Below are positions 13,681-26,643 of a DNA stretch of 64,000 nucleotides, piece after piece. Where the stretch lies: assembly GCA_030167865.1 (NCBI GenBank), contig JALAGF010001205.1, forward strand, positions 62,001 through 126,000, written 5' to 3'. Made by a program: the position numbers and the translations under genes. This DNA comes from Craspedostauros australis. Taxonomy: Eukaryota. The notes beneath the pieces were generated by a model, which worked only from the letters and a program-made list of their open reading frames with translations, was not told the DNA's origin and searched no databases. Each line of letters starts with the position of its first letter. Position 1 is the stretch's first letter.

Positions 13681-14814
13681 TATGTGTATGCGGCGTGTAG
13701 TATATTCAATGCAGCGCAGTGCAGTGCAGTGCAGTCCTCTCTGCGATCAACCAGACAGACTGGAACGGATGCCTTGGATTTCAGTTGTGCGAATGTACAG
13801 TATGGATGACACCTTTCGTTCCAAGTTCCAAAATTGTATTAGATAATATGTAGAAGCACAGAGTATGGTCGCGGAGCGGCAGGATAGGAATGGAGATCGT
13901 ATTGGGTGCGGGTGAGCAAAGTGTTTGATTGGCGAGTCGGACAGGGGGGCGATAGAACGGAACGAGCGGACTTGCATGCTTAATCTGGTAGAGTAGAGCA
14001 ATTCCTAGGCGGTCCATGCGGTTTCACAATACAGTCCCATCATGATGTGGTTTCGGATTCAGATTGCTGCTGGATATAGGCTGAGACCACCCAATAGGGA
14101 TAGGTATGCGCTTATATCCATTAAATGATGAGATGGAGGAAGAAGATGCGGCGGCGGAAAGTTTAGGGTGGACTCTACTCTGCGGATTGTGTGTAGAGCG
14201 GTCGTACCACAGAGTATATAGCATGGTAGAATAACAAAAACGGGTTCATTCATTTTGCTTGCGCGCGGACTACGGTTCATCGTCGTCGCAGCCCACTTGT
14301 GATTGTGGATAATGAGGAGAACCTACCGTGGTTGTTTGGAGTGTGGACCTTATCGCGCGGCGCTTACTTGCTGGGTAGTTGGATCAGGTGTTGTTCTGGT
14401 TGTTCGCTATGGCGTTGTGTCGTGTCGTCTTCAATGCCCGATGGATTGTTTGCCTACTTGCATTCCCGCTGTATCGCATGCACGAGTATCACAGACGACT
14501 GCGGGTTCCTTCGTGCAACGCAGAGTGTGTACCTGTGGGAGGAGTACGAATGGTAAAATGTGACCGTGCCAATGCAGTGCCTTGGTGCTCGCAGAATCAT
14601 CCGATGGGCTTCACGCTGAGGATTGGTAGAGCAATGGTGGCAATGGTGTTGCGGTCGCTGCCGTTGGAACGGGTGTTGGCTGGTCGCTTTTGGATTTTGC
14701 GGGACGCTGTCTGAACCGCGCGGAAATTGATGGAAGTTGCCGCTTCTGCTGTCGCTGTCCCCGCCATCCGGCGGCTGCGATTGGAAGGCAGATCGAGGAT
14801 GGTGGCGTCGACGT

Positions 14815-14910
14815 CAACCACGACAACCGCAGCAACAGCCACGGGAACAACAACAACCACCGCAACAACCACCACAACAACAACAACCACCACAACAACC
14901 ACAACAAACA
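14815..14910. repeat. Imperfect (CAA/CCA)n trinucleotide tract
   Basis: Read directly. It produces poly-T, poly-Q, poly-N and poly-V shadow ORFs across the reading frames. Confidence 0.8.
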
Positions 14911-15589
14911 GCACACACAGAGGTGGTCCCATGATCAAACAGGTTCGACTCGTCAAAAGGAGAAGAACCTCAATCTCGCACCAACCAGCACCAACCAGCA
15001 CCAACCACCTCCTGCAGACGCACACAGACACACACAGAGACAGAGATAACACCACTGGGTGACCGTTGCAACGAGGCGATACGGATTTCAGGCAATTTTA
15101 GGGTGATTTATCTCAGTATCTACCTACGGCGTATCACCTCACGGACAGCTTTATACCTCCAATGCGCGAAATTGAAACCGTCATTGGATTTTGCTTGACC
15201 CTAGCTGCTCGAAACGGATTCAATTGGACGTCATTCCGATGTTCGCTTTAGTCGTTTTGGTCAAAACGGTCGAAGATCCCTTTTGTTGCTCGCATGAATC
15301 ACAACCAGCCAACCACAACCACTCCTCACTTTTCTGTGCCGGTTTGGGGCATCACCAACCAACCTTCTTCTCCCTCTCCCTGGCTCTCTGTCCGCACGGA
15401 GCATCTCCAACTCCCCAGCATCGTCCCTTCGGCATTGATCCAGGAGCAATCGTGCGGAGAGAAGCAGGTGGTGCTTGCACATCAGATCAGATCAGAGCCA
15501 AGGACAGCAGAATACGAGTAGAGTCCTACAAGTACGCTCCACTCGCAAGCCGAAGACATACCATACTCTCAAGAGAGCAGAGGAGTACG

Positions 15590-18496
15590 ATGTCATTCCG
15601 AGGCACAGGCAAGCGACCGCCCAAGGGGTACGTCCCCGGCTTGGGCCGTGGCGCGGCAGGGTTCACGACGCAATCCGATCTTGGAAGCATGATGCCAGCG
15701 GCGGGTGCCGCGGGCGGCTCGCAAGGTGGCAGCCGTGCGGCCGAGGCCAGGGCCGCCAAGATGCAAGCGCAGAAGATGCAGAATCAGGGACCTGCTGGCG
15801 CCGCGCCCAAGGGATACGTGGCAGGTGCTGGTCGCGGTGCCAGCTCCTTCGGAGGTGGTGGAATCGAAGCCCTCAACAGCGTGCAGCAACGTCGTGCGGC
15901 CGGCGATAATCGGGACAGCGCTCCAGCGGCCACGACGGTGACGAGCGCCGCGCCGGGACAGTACGACGATGACGACAACGAAGCCGACATGGTGTGGGCG
16001 GCCGTCGATGAACGAATGAGCAAGAAGAGGAAGCGTCAGCAGGAGGCCGGTGCCACGAGCAGCGAGGACGCTGGGAAGGATGCCAGAGCGAAGATCGGCG
16101 CCCAGTTCCGAGAGCTCAAGGAAGGCCTGTCGAGCGTCACCGAAGATCAGTGGGCCAGCATCCCGGACGTCGGCGATTACAGCCTGCGGTACAAGCAGAA
16201 GCAAAAGGAGGACGTCTTCACGCCTCTCAGCGATACCATCCTGGAGCAGCGCTCCAGCATCAATCTCGACGCTTCGTCCGGCGCCCTCAAGTCGGTCTCG
16301 TCCACCGCAGCCGCCTCCGAGGCCGTTACCAACATGTCCGGTTTGGGTGCGGCGCGTGAGACGGTGCTGGGAATGAGCCTCGATAAGATGTCAGATACCA
16401 TGGGCGGCCAGACCGTCGTGGATCCGCAGGGGTACCTCACCAGCCTCTCTAGCTCCAAAATCGCCAGCACGGCGGAGGTCGGCGACATCAACAAGGCCAG
16501 GCTGTTGCTCAAGTCCGTGCGTGACACAAATCCAAAGCATGCACCGGGTTGGATCGCATCGGCGCGTGTCGAGGAGGCTGCCGGGAAGACGCTGCAGGCG
16601 AGGAAGGTCATACAGCAGGGTTGCAACGTGTGTCCCGACAGCGAGGATGTGTGGCTGGAGGCCGCGCGATTGCATCCGCAGGAGGTGGCAAAGTCCATCC
16701 TCGCCACAGGAGCGCGCAGAATCCCAACTTCCGTCAAGATCTTCCTCAAGGCTGCCGATCTGGAAAGCAACGAGACGTCCAAGAAGGCCGTGTTACGCAA
16801 GGCGCTGGAGGCCAATCCAACCTCCATCACGCTGTGGAAAGCAGCCATCGATCTTGAGGATGCCGAGAATGCCAAAATATTGCTGTCGGTTGCCGTCGAC
16901 AAGGTGCCCCATTCCGTCGAGATGTGGTTGGCGCTCGCCCGTCTCGAAAGCTACGAGAACGCGCGCAAGGTGCTCAACAAGGCACGCCGTGCCTTGCCTG
17001 GCGATCGAGCAGTTTGGATCGCCGCGGCCAAGCTCGAGGAATCTCAGAATCACAACGACATGGTCGACAAGGTGGTGGACAGAGCCATGCAGTCCCTTGC
17101 CAAGCGTGACACTGTGGTCACCAGGGCGCAGTGGCTGCAAGAAGCAGAGGCGGCGGAGTCGTCGGGCGCACCCATCACGAGCGGTGCTATCGTCAAGCAT
17201 TCCATCGGCATGGGCGTGGAAGAGGAAGATCGTTTCCGCACGTGGGCCGACGATGCCAAGGCGTCGCTGTCGCGCGGGGCGATCGTCACGGCTCGGGCCA
17301 TCCTGACGCACGCGCTGAGCATACTGCCACGCAAGCATTCGCTGTGGATGCAGGCCGTCGATCTGGAACGTAAGCACGGCACGGCGGAGACCCTCGATGA
17401 CATCCTGGCAGCCGCCAGCGAACGATTGCCAAGCATCGAGATCTTCTGGCTGCTGCGCGCCAAGGAGCAATGGGTCAACGGCAACGTCGACAAGGCGAGA
17501 GATATTCTGACGAAGGCCTTCGCCGTCAATCCCAATTCTGAGTCTGTCTGGCTCGCGGCCGCCAAGCTGGAGTGGGAGACCGGCGAGACAGAACGCGCCA
17601 GGGTGCTGCTATCCCGTGCCAGAGATCACGCGCCAACCAACCGCGTGTACATGAAGTCTGCCCTGTTGGAACGCGAGAACAAGAAATTCAAGGCCGCGCT
17701 GAAGCTCATCCATCAGGGGATCTCGGAGTATCCCAAATTCCCGAAGCTCTACATGATGGGTGCGCAGATCTGGTCGGAGGACATGCCCAAGGACAAGAAG
17801 AGCCTGGAGCATGCCCGCAAGATACTCGAGGTCGGCCTGCAGGAATGTCCCAAGAATCATGTTCTGTGGATCCTGACCAGCAAACTGGAAGCAAAGGCGC
17901 ACACGTTCGATTCCCGCAACAATGGCAGCAGCAAGGCCGGAACGAGCGTCACCAAGGCACGGTCGTTGCTGGAGCTCGCTCGATTGAAGAATTCCAAGGT
18001 CCCCGAGCTGTGGTTGGAGGCCGTCCGATTGGAACGGCGCACCGGCAATTCGAAGCTCGCCGAATCCGTCATGGCACGAGCCCTGCAGGAGTGCCCCAAG
18101 GCAGGAATCCTCCTGGCCGAGAACATCGCCATGGCACCGCGCGTGGAGCAGAAATCCAAATCCGTCGACGCCATCAAACGCAGCCCCGAGGATCCGCTCG
18201 TCATCACGGCCGTGGCGTCGCTGTTCGTCACGGAACGCAAGTACTCCAAGGCGCGCAAGTGGTTCGAACGTGCCGTGACGCTCAATCCCGACCTCGGAGA
18301 TGCCTGGGCGCGGTACTACAACTTCGAGCGCGACAACGGCAGCGACGATCAGGTTGAGGCAGTGAAGACGCGATGTGCTGCGGCGGAACCCAAGCACGGT
18401 GAGGTCTGGGCGAGCACTATGAAGCAGATGAAGAACCGACAGAAATCCATGGCGGAAGGTTTGGAGCTCGTGGCCAAGACCATGCGGGAAGCGTGA
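15590..18496 (+). CDS. PRPF6: Pre-mRNA splicing factor PRP6 (U5-102K), intronless, ~968 aa
   Basis: N-terminal PPKGYVPGLGRGAAGFTTQSDLG, VDPQGYLTSL, GDINKARLLLKSVRDTNPKHAPGWIASARVEE, a HAT/TPR repeat array, and C-terminal NPDLGDAWA...AAEPKHGEVW. Confidence 0.95.
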   Translation: MSFRGTGKRPPKGYVPGLGRGAAGFTTQSDLGSMMPAAGAAGGSQGGSRAAEARAAKMQAQKMQNQGPAGAAPKGYVAGAGRGASSFGGGGIEALNSVQQRRAAGDNRDSAPAATTVTSAAPGQYDDDDNEADMVWAAVDERMSKKRKRQQEAGATSSEDAGKDARAKIGAQFRELKEGLSSVTEDQWASIPDVGDYSLRYKQKQKEDVFTPLSDTILEQRSSINLDASSGALKSVSSTAAASEAVTNMSGLGAARETVLGMSLDKMSDTMGGQTVVDPQGYLTSLSSSKIASTAEVGDINKARLLLKSVRDTNPKHAPGWIASARVEEAAGKTLQARKVIQQGCNVCPDSEDVWLEAARLHPQEVAKSILATGARRIPTSVKIFLKAADLESNETSKKAVLRKALEANPTSITLWKAAIDLEDAENAKILLSVAVDKVPHSVEMWLALARLESYENARKVLNKARRALPGDRAVWIAAAKLEESQNHNDMVDKVVDRAMQSLAKRDTVVTRAQWLQEAEAAESSGAPITSGAIVKHSIGMGVEEEDRFRTWADDAKASLSRGAIVTARAILTHALSILPRKHSLWMQAVDLERKHGTAETLDDILAAASERLPSIEIFWLLRAKEQWVNGNVDKARDILTKAFAVNPNSESVWLAAAKLEWETGETERARVLLSRARDHAPTNRVYMKSALLERENKKFKAALKLIHQGISEYPKFPKLYMMGAQIWSEDMPKDKKSLEHARKILEVGLQECPKNHVLWILTSKLEAKAHTFDSRNNGSSKAGTSVTKARSLLELARLKNSKVPELWLEAVRLERRTGNSKLAESVMARALQECPKAGILLAENIAMAPRVEQKSKSVDAIKRSPEDPLVITAVASLFVTERKYSKARKWFERAVTLNPDLGDAWARYYNFERDNGSDDQVEAVKTRCAAAEPKHGEVWASTMKQMKNRQKSMAEGLELVAKTMREA

Positions 18497-18793
18497 TGTG
18501 TGTTGTATGTGGGCTTGGTGCGGATAAAGGCGCACAAGACCAGCATTGTTGTGGAACATTCTGCTCGTACGTACTCTAGCACACTTTTTCTAGAATTTAC
18601 AGCGTGACCATGGCACATGTGTGGAGCATTTGCACAAGGATCCGCACGGATCGCAGCACGAGTACGTAAGATGGCACTCCCATCTAGTATACTCGTACCA
18701 GGACTGTTCCACGAGCATGCTAAAGCGCAACACCCTAATCTGAAGATGCTGTACTATCCACTCGTTCCATGAAGGCTTGCAGACCTGCATTCT

Positions 18794-20242
18794 TCAAGCC
18801 ACCGACACCTTGGATCCCAACGGTAGTCGCGTCGAAGTCTGCTGAGCGGTCCTGCTGTCAATGTCATTGTCCTTCAACGTCTGCATCTCCGTGCTGGAGG
18901 CATCGTCCATTGATTCGGAATTACCGTCCTCCAGCTTCTTGCGACGTTGCTTGATGTCTTCCCATTCCACGCGCAGGAGGTTCCATATGGCACGGCGAAA
19001 GACCTCGAGGAATTGCGTGGTGAGGAGGAAGTTGTTGTGTTGGTTGACGAAAATGCCGGCGTACTTGAGCAACCAGCTGAATCGCAGGACCGTGTCGGAA
19101 CACAGGATGAGCAAGGACAGCATGAAGCCGAACCGCAGGCGCGGGCGCATGAGGACCTGCTGCCATGAAGGCGCCGTCACGGCGGGCGAGTCCAGTGGCA
19201 GCGCACCTCCCGTGCAGGCCACCTGGACCAAGGCCGTGGGGCTTTGCAGCATGCCCCAATCCATGACGATGTCCCAGTACAAAGCGTAGGAGGCGTTGAC
19301 GACAAGGAGGATGATGAGGTAGTTGTTGAGGGTGTTTGCGCGAGCCGGATCCAAGGTCTGCTGGTAGGCCGAGAAGCAGATGGGGAAGATGCTGGTGCAG
19401 TACTTCCACGTGTTGGCAAGGTGCTGGTACCGCTTGGGATCGTTCTTTATCCGACCGACTGTGAACATGATGAGGCATTGCCGCGCCCGGATGCAGTAGG
19501 GAATTGCTGCGAACGCGGACGGGATGAGGATGTTGTGTGCCGCTGGCGGAACCGGATCCGGGTAATGAGATGCCATGTGAATGAGCATGCCCCAATCGAA
19601 GAAGACCTTGGAGAGGGAGCACATGCCATCAGCGTAGAATACATCGATGAAGGGGATGGGACGCGGTCCCTTGGGATCGGAGGAAAAGCAGGAGCAGCGC
19701 GGGTTGACGAGCTCGTACGAGCGCCTGAGGACGACCATGGCCGCTCGGCGAAGCCAACGGTTGGCCGGCACCGGCAGGATGATGTAGACGAGCACGACGG
19801 CGTAGAATGTGAAGACGGCGCCGATCGATCCACGTCCGAACCGGTCAATCCAGATGTTGGTCGTGACGTGCAGGATGAAGAGCAGGAGCGCCGAGAAGAG
19901 GATGAGCCTCTTCCACGTGATGGCTCCCCACGATCGTTCATCTTGCGCTGCCTCGGCCGCAGGGAACTCGTCATCGTCGTCATCTGCGACCTCCTTGTCC
20001 GACCCTGAACCGGTGGTGGAATGTTCCATCCTTTGCAGCAGCTGCTGCTTGAGCTCCTGCTTCTCCTTCATGAGGTCGTAGTTGAGCACGTAGCAGTAGT
20101 TGATCCTGAAGAGGCGGAAGAAGAAGATGTTCATCCCCCAAAGGCCGATGCTGACGATGAGCACCGTCGGCGATCTCAGCATCGCCTGGGCTGGGCCCCG
20201 GCCCTCCCCGAATATCGGCCCGACCTCCTGCGTGGAAGACAT
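18794..20242 (-). CDS. EXS family membrane protein (ERD1/XPR1/SYG1), without SPX domain, 482 aa
   Basis: Motifs FIDVFYADGMCSLSKVFFD, PYCIRARQC, HLANTWKY, YALYWDIVMDWG, LRFSW and EVFRRAIWNLLRVEWE, plus multiple hydrophobic helices. Confidence 0.9.
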   Translation of the reverse strand: MSSTQEVGPIFGEGRGPAQAMLRSPTVLIVSIGLWGMNIFFFRLFRINYCYVLNYDLMKEKQELKQQLLQRMEHSTTGSGSDKEVADDDDDEFPAAEAAQDERSWGAITWKRLILFSALLLFILHVTTNIWIDRFGRGSIGAVFTFYAVVLVYIILPVPANRWLRRAAMVVLRRSYELVNPRCSCFSSDPKGPRPIPFIDVFYADGMCSLSKVFFDWGMLIHMASHYPDPVPPAAHNILIPSAFAAIPYCIRARQCLIMFTVGRIKNDPKRYQHLANTWKYCTSIFPICFSAYQQTLDPARANTLNNYLIILLVVNASYALYWDIVMDWGMLQSPTALVQVACTGGALPLDSPAVTAPSWQQVLMRPRLRFGFMLSLLILCSDTVLRFSWLLKYAGIFVNQHNNFLLTTQFLEVFRRAIWNLLRVEWEDIKQRRKKLEDGNSESMDDASSTEMQTLKDNDIDSRTAQQTSTRLPLGSKVSVA

Positions 20243-21501
20243 GGTGGTGGGTGACCAATGGAACGAGCTACGACTGTGGCGTGCGGGTATGTAGGTGGTA
20301 GGTCATCAATGACCGTCTCCCAACTTCCCAGCTCTTTCGTCTTCTAGAGTATGTATCGGTACGAGTATCCCAATCACAACTTCAGTCCATCCGAAGCTTG
20401 GGGTCAGATGCTCTTGATGGTGATGCCAATGGTGATGTCTGGCAGAGTTCTGTGCCTCTATCGTTGTTGACGATGATGATGCGTTTGCCGATGATGGCGG
20501 TTGGTCTTTTTCCGCACACAGTCTCGATCCGTTTGGTTGGTCGATTGGTCGGTTGGTCGGTTGGGTGGAATGGAGGCAATGACGAAAAGACCAACAAAGA
20601 CCCACAACGCACAACGCACAAGAAGAAGAAGAAGAAGCAGCGAACGACAAAAGTCGAGCGAATTTCTGATCTGTATCACGAGTGTACGGGACTTGAAACA
20701 TAGTTAGTCGTTCTGCTCAGTGCATGAAATAATATACCAGTTCTATGGTGTCTCGGGGAAATTAATTGCAAGTACAGTGAATGGGGTCCACAAGGGTACA
20801 AAAGAAACGGCATTCATACTTAACCTTGGAAGGGAACGTGAAGAACGAGACAGAATAAAGTGTTCAGCCGTCTGCAATAAGAAACACCGGGACAGGAACA
20901 AAAAATAGTAGCAAAGTCATGGACAGCGAGTCAACCGCGAGCATACTGCCTCTCTGCGTCCCATCGTCGCTTTTCGCGTGTGGTTGATTGTTTCCTTGAT
21001 TTCTTGCTTGCTTGTTTACTTGTGTGGTGTTGGAGTGCGCTGTGCCTCTCTCGCCGCTGCCTGGCGCGATCGCTCTCTTGATGCCAACACAGGAAGCAGT
21101 CTCTCCCCCCTCGTCCTGTTGGTGTGTCTCTGTTTGTATCTGCCTCCTCTCTCTCTCTCTCTTTCTCTCTCGCACTGTTCCAACAACGACGGCACAAATC
21201 AGACCGAAGCGAACGAGAAATACAATCCATCCCCAACCATCTTCGTTTTCGCCTCCATCCACCTTCATCTCCGTTCATCTCCTCTCCTCTGCGTTGCACT
21301 GCTCTGGTTGATTCCACCTGGATCTATTGAACCCGTTGCATTAGGCTTTGCGAGCATCCCTCCATCTGCTGCGATAATCAATCCGAGACCGAGTATTGTT
21401 TGCGGTACGGACCAAGATCGAAACCTCGCCTGAACTCTCGCTCCAGTCCCAACCCCAGCTTCAACTCCCAGCTCCAACTCCCAGTCGAAATCGAAGCCAA
21501 C

Positions 21502-23867
21502 ATGAAGCGAAAGATAGTGAATGGCGTTCAGAGCGCAAGCAGCGGCGCTTCCGTGGTGTCGACCGACGAAGCTGGATCGGCAAGAGCTAATGCGAGCACC
21601 AGCGCGAACGGGAGCAAGAGCAAAGGCAAGAACGACCAATCCAGGGCGGATTACGTTCCGGACGAGTTCGTGCAGGCCTGCTTTTCCAACGTCTTGGGAG
21701 GCTGCATCGGGGGCAACGACCGCAAGATGGCGCGAGGTCAGACCTTCTGGATGAACGACAGCGATGGCGGCAGTTCTTCCTCCAGAGGCGGTGCGTCCAA
21801 CGAGACGGACGAGACAACGCACAAGGCGGACGTCGCGCTGGCCCAGGAGCTCAACCAGCTCTCCGTCAGCGAGCGACAGGATGTCTACGAGGACGTGCAC
21901 GGCATCTCGAATCGTTGCAAGGACGAGACGCCCGAATTGCTGCGCACCTCCATGCGGGGCGTGGAGACGGAGCTGCGCAAGGTGCCCACCACGGACGAGC
22001 GGAAGAAGGTCTACATCAAGGCCCTTTTCATCCGCCCCAGCTACTTCAAGTCGCACCTCTTCATCCTGCCCTTCCTGCGCGCCAACGAGTTCGATACCAA
22101 GCTCACAGCGCAGAGGATCCTCGACCATCTGCTCTTCCGCCATGAGCTCATGGGCTGGGACGGAGTCGTCGCCACCTACCTGCGCTACGATGAGCATCTC
22201 ACGCCAGGAGCCAAGCGTTACGTGCAGACGGGCCGTCTCCAGATTCTGCCCAAGCCTGATCGATCCGGACGCCCCATCATCCTCGCCTTCCCGAAGGTCC
22301 AGGCGCCCAACTACGACTACGTCGACGGCATCCTCGGTTACTGGTGGTTCTTCGACGCCATGCGCCAGCTCTTTGACACGCGCAAAGGCATCGTCATGGT
22401 GCTCTACGATTCCGGCATCCGCTTCCGTTCGGCGCAGCAAGAGGAGCTCGTCAAGAAGTACTACTTCAATGTTGATGGTCTCAAGGCCGCCACGCGCTTC
22501 CTGGCCAGCACGGCAATCTACATCTCCGCCTTTCACTGCTGTTTCGACAATCCCAAGCTGGCTGTCCCCATGGCGACCTTCCAGGCCGTCATCGGTCGGC
22601 GCGGTCGTGTGCGGTACCGCAACCATTGCGGTAAGTACTGCGCCTATCGCTGCTGCTGCTGCTATTGCTTCTGCTGCATTGTAACATACCCTTTCATCTC
22701 ATTGCTCACTTGACTCGCCAATCCTTTCCCATCGCAATCCCTTCATTGTTCTCTGCCAATACATGTGCGCACATTACACATCATGCAGCCTCGCCGATGG
22801 AAAGCATGTACACGCTCATGACGTTCGGCCTCGATATGAAGAACTTCCCGGTTGACGATGACGGCAACGTTCTGTTGGACAACTTCCTCAAGTGGCTGGA
22901 CCAACGTCGTCAGTCCGAAGCGGCGGAGCGTGAGTCCGACTCTCGCATCATCGAGCTGTCCGCGGAAGAAGTCCTGGCCAGCAAGAGCAAAAAGAAGGCC
23001 AAGAAGCAAACCGCGAAACCAGAACCTGCGCGCATCTGCCGCTACCCCAAGGCCAGAGACGTGCTGCTGGGCCGCGGACGGCCATTCCAGGAGCATCCCG
23101 GCAATCAAGAGCTCGCGGTCATCGTCGACGGGTACTGGGGCGCCTACCAGGAGTGCAACTGGAAGGAGAAGATGGAGCTCACCATCCAGATCGTGGAGCA
23201 GGTCAAGGGCAATGGCTTCCGATTCCTCAGAAAGCACGAACGACCTGCCGACGAGGAGGAGGGATTCCATTGGATCGAAGTCAACGACTCGAAGGCACGC
23301 GAGAAAGTCAGCCACGCATTCCGCAACAACACCGTCCAGCGCAAGGATGCCAAGAGCAAGGACGCTAAACGCTTGCCCACGATGCAATCTCCAGATGCGT
23401 CGCTGAATGATGAAATGGATCAGTTATCCCCACTGCCACAACAGCAGCAGCAGTCTCGCCAAATGAATGAGGCAGCAAATATCATCCCCACGCTGTCACC
23501 ATCACAATCAGGTCGTGTCACGCCCGTCATGTTGCAGTCGCCCTCCATCCAAACTGCCGAGGCACAAACACAGCATTTCATGGCAACGACCAGAGGGAAG
23601 AATGCTGCAGAAATTTCGCCGCCGTTGTCACCCACACGAGGATCATCGCCGTCATGTTCTTCGCAGAATCTTTCCACGACGAACGTGATCCTTGAAGATC
23701 AGGTGCAGACGATTTCGTACATGGATCAGGTGAATCTGAACCTGAACTCTGTCGACCTCATGACACCGAACGCATTCGCGATGACGACACGTCCCGATCC
23801 TCGCATGAGCATCGTGTCAGTGCAGGATTTGGATGCGTTGGATATCCTCAACGACGACGTTGAGTAA
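21502..23867 (+). CDS. CRAL-TRIO-like plus DUF6824 domain protein (diatom-expanded family), 2 exons (21502-22630, 22789-23867), ~735 aa
   Basis: Intron 22631-22788 (GTAAGT...TGCAG) is in frame. Family motifs: LAQELNQLSVSERQDVYEDVHG, FLRANEFD, QILPKPDRSGRPII, RVRYRNHC.SPMESMYTLMTFG. DUF6824: DVLLGRGRPFQEHPGN...RFLRK...WIEVNDSKAREKVSHAFRN. Confidence 0.85.
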
Positions 23868-24283
23868 AGCGGTTGGGCAAACCTCCCTCTATCTGTACGC
23901 ATGGGCAGGCAGCATACACGATAGACTGCTCTGTCCACTACACTCTCATCGCTACTCATATCTCAATACAATATACTGCAATACTATAGGCGGCATACTC
24001 GTACATACATACATGCATACACCAATAATACTCGCACAACGATTGTGACAACAGTACAGTACTCCGCTCTAAACCTGCGCTTGACGCCGTGCACATCGTT
24101 TCGTTTGGTCTGACCACCACGTTGACGCATCAGCTCGTCACACAAACCGTTTGTCATCAATGTATCTGCCCTACGAGAACTCTACTCAAGTGCAAGCCCT
24201 GTTCACCGGCTATTTCTATTGTGCACGCACCAGGGTAGCACATTCATGTAGGTACCGCCGTGCCAAAAAAAAAAACAGATCGC

Positions 24284-26643
24284 TCATCCTAGCGACTGCA
24301 ACAGCGTGCTGCCGTTGATGATCTTCGTCGTGACGGTGACAATGTGATACGGAAACGTTGGATGGCGCGACAGGAACCGCAACGCCGAGATCTCCATGTA
24401 GGACACGCCGCCCAAGTACATGACGATCATGGTCGGTTTCTTGGAGCTCGTGCTGACTACGCTCTTGGCAAAACTGCGCAGGTTGCCCACGGCGCCGCGC
24501 TTCATGGAGGTGCCCAGATCTTCCGGCGGCATGTGCTGCGTGATATCGATCAGACGGCCCTGCAACTCCTTGACTACCTCATCCTTGCCGAACCAACCGC
24601 GGATGGCGGTTTGCACGAGGCGCACTGTCAGCGGTGCGTATCCGCTGCTAACGTAGGCAATGTCGTCTGGTTCAACGGTGTCCACCTCGGCGTTGATGAG
24701 GGTGAGCGATTTGCGCAGCGTGTTGAAGGAGCTGGAGGTGTCGACCCAGATGGTCTCACGTCGTCGGATCAGCCCCACCTTTTCAAGGTCGTTGAGGACG
24801 AACATGAATTCGTACCCGTACACCTGGACGATCTGGTTGCGGATGGTGTCGTAGCGACCGGATTTGATGCCGCCCGCGCACAACGACTGCAGGCAGAGTA
24901 ACCGCAGGACTTGGTAGGGGTTGCATTGCGCCGCGATCCAATCCTCCAGTATGTCGTAGCAGGTTTCTCCTTCGATCATGGATCTCTCCGTCTGCCACTG
25001 CTCGCGGAACGACGGTTCCTCGGTGTGCTCCTTGACCAGTTCGGCCAGGTGGATGTGGTTGGTGAGGCTGCGCAAATTCTGAGTGAAGATTGGGATCTGC
25101 TTGACGAACTGGTGGATCTCGGTGAGGTCCTTCTTGGTTTCCTTGTTGGTGAAGTTGGCATGCGATTCCCGCAGCGCCAACGCCTGGCTCTGGAGGAAGG
25201 AGCCGAACTTCTCTACGTGCTGGTCCCTCACTTCGGCGTAGAGGGAGTCGCTGCCCGTGACGCTGAGCATGATGGTGTTTTCTTCCGGCCTTCGCTTCTC
25301 TTCGTGCTTGGTCTCCTCGTCCTCTGGGTTGATGGTATGCAGTGTTGTTTGAATGAAACTTTGAGAGAGCATTTGCGATTCATTTTGGATGACAGTGACA
25401 TGCGGTTGTGTAAAGGGAAGATGTGAACCGATGGTCAGTACTCGTACTTGCTTGCCTTCCTGCAGTCAATGGAGTTTGCGACTCACAAGGCAACACTGTC
25501 TGGAAGTAGAATCCACAACGGCGATGGCAACAATAACGGCGACGGCAACAATAACGATAACAGACGCAGATGCAGTTGCACTCACCCACAATCAATTCCA
25601 ACCACCTCATCCAACAGGCCTTCGTAAGTGAGCGGCGACACCATCGGCGTGACCATGTCCACCTTTCGATCGATCATCATCATGACGGCGACGTCCCCGT
25701 CCTTGACCGGACCGCTGCGTTCCGCATCCATCTCATCTTCCGATGCCAAGTGCTCGTCCACCGATTGGTTCATGAATTTGCGCAGAACCTCTTCGGACAG
25801 ATTCCCGATGGATTGAATGCGCTGCACTTTGCCGACGACGTCTTGCAGTTTCAATATGGAACGGGCGATGACGGAAATGAGCGTGGACGGTGTGCCCTCC
25901 ACCTCATCCTTGAGCGCGGCGTCGTATTCCATGCTGATGACGTCGGTTTCGATGGGGAAGAGATCCAGCTGCAGACTCGTGATGGTGACGTTGGGTGCAG
26001 ACGTGAGGCCCATGTCGGACAGCATCTTGACGACGAGCGCCGTGGTCTGCGGAATGTAGACGATGCGATGATGGGCCTGCTTCTTCCACACGCGGATCTT
26101 GTTGGCCACGATCTGCGTCTGGTGGATATCCCAGGGGCGCAGGAAGTAGGTGACGACGTCGATGTGATCCTTCTCATCGCCCACCTCCTCCAAGGACACT
26201 TCGGCACCCTCCATCGTCGCGCGCGTGTTGGTCTTGATGCTGCGCGAGGACGTGGCCATGTGGGCGGTCGACAGCAAGCGCGTGCCCGCGATGATGCCCT
26301 GCAAGGCCTTGGGCAGCGGGAAGTAGGTGTGCGGATCCCAGTTCTTCTTCTTGTTGCTGCCCTTGAAGGTGCGCGTGTGCGGGTCGTTCAAGACCTGCCG
26401 CATGATCAGCGTGCGCAGGGAGTCGCCGCCGAACATCAGCAGCTGGCGGAAGTTGCGTCCGCTGCCTGCGGGGTTGGACTGCAGCAGCGTGAAGAGCTCC
26501 TCCTGGTTGTCCAGTCGCAGTGCCGCGGGCAGGCTTGGCAGCGGGTTGGAGGGGGTGGGCGGTGGGAGGATCACGTCGGCATCAGAAAAGGCGGGCCGTT
26601 GCTGCGTTGATGCGGCAGACGCTGCTGCGGCCATCGTCGCCAT
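24284..26643 (-). CDS. VPS33: Vacuolar protein sorting 33 (Sec1/Munc18 family), 2 exons (26643-25586, 25358-24284), ~710 aa
   Basis: Intron 25585-25359 (GTGAGT...TCAAAG) gives GIDCG|FIQ. Motifs: LDLFPIETDVISMEY, IDRKVDMVTPMVSPLTYEGLLDE, LYAEVRD, SLTNHIHLAE, DDIAYVSSGYAPLTVRLVQ, YLGGVSYMEISALRFL, TTKIING. Confidence 0.92.

Noticed and set aside
14078-14115. GCTGAGA..ACCC resembling the 5' half of a TPP riboswitch
   Set aside because: The downstream GAACCTGAT...TAAT...CGNAGG core is absent and no thiamine gene is adjacent.
14597-15062. Poly-Val, poly-Thr, poly-Gln and poly-Asn ORFs in the BAZ-like/PRP6 spacer
   Set aside because: All frames are kept open by one CAA/CCA tract; there is no sign of a real protein.
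15191-15589. 133-codon N-terminal extension of PRP6 in the ORF track
   Set aside because: It begins at TTG, and PRP6 similarity starts right after the ATG at 15590, so this is probably promoter or 5' UTR.
890-18496. INTS2-like, chromatin reader and PRP6 neighbours as a functional RNA-processing cluster
   Set aside because: The window is a mix of unrelated housekeeping genes; there is no evidence beyond proximity.
25582-25586. Apparent premature stops ending ORFs (VPS33 exon 1, MCM6 exon 1, PP2C exons) that could suggest pseudogenes or recoding
   Set aside because: Each stop overlaps a GT donor (GTGAGT or GTAAGT) and is removed by a frame-preserving intron.
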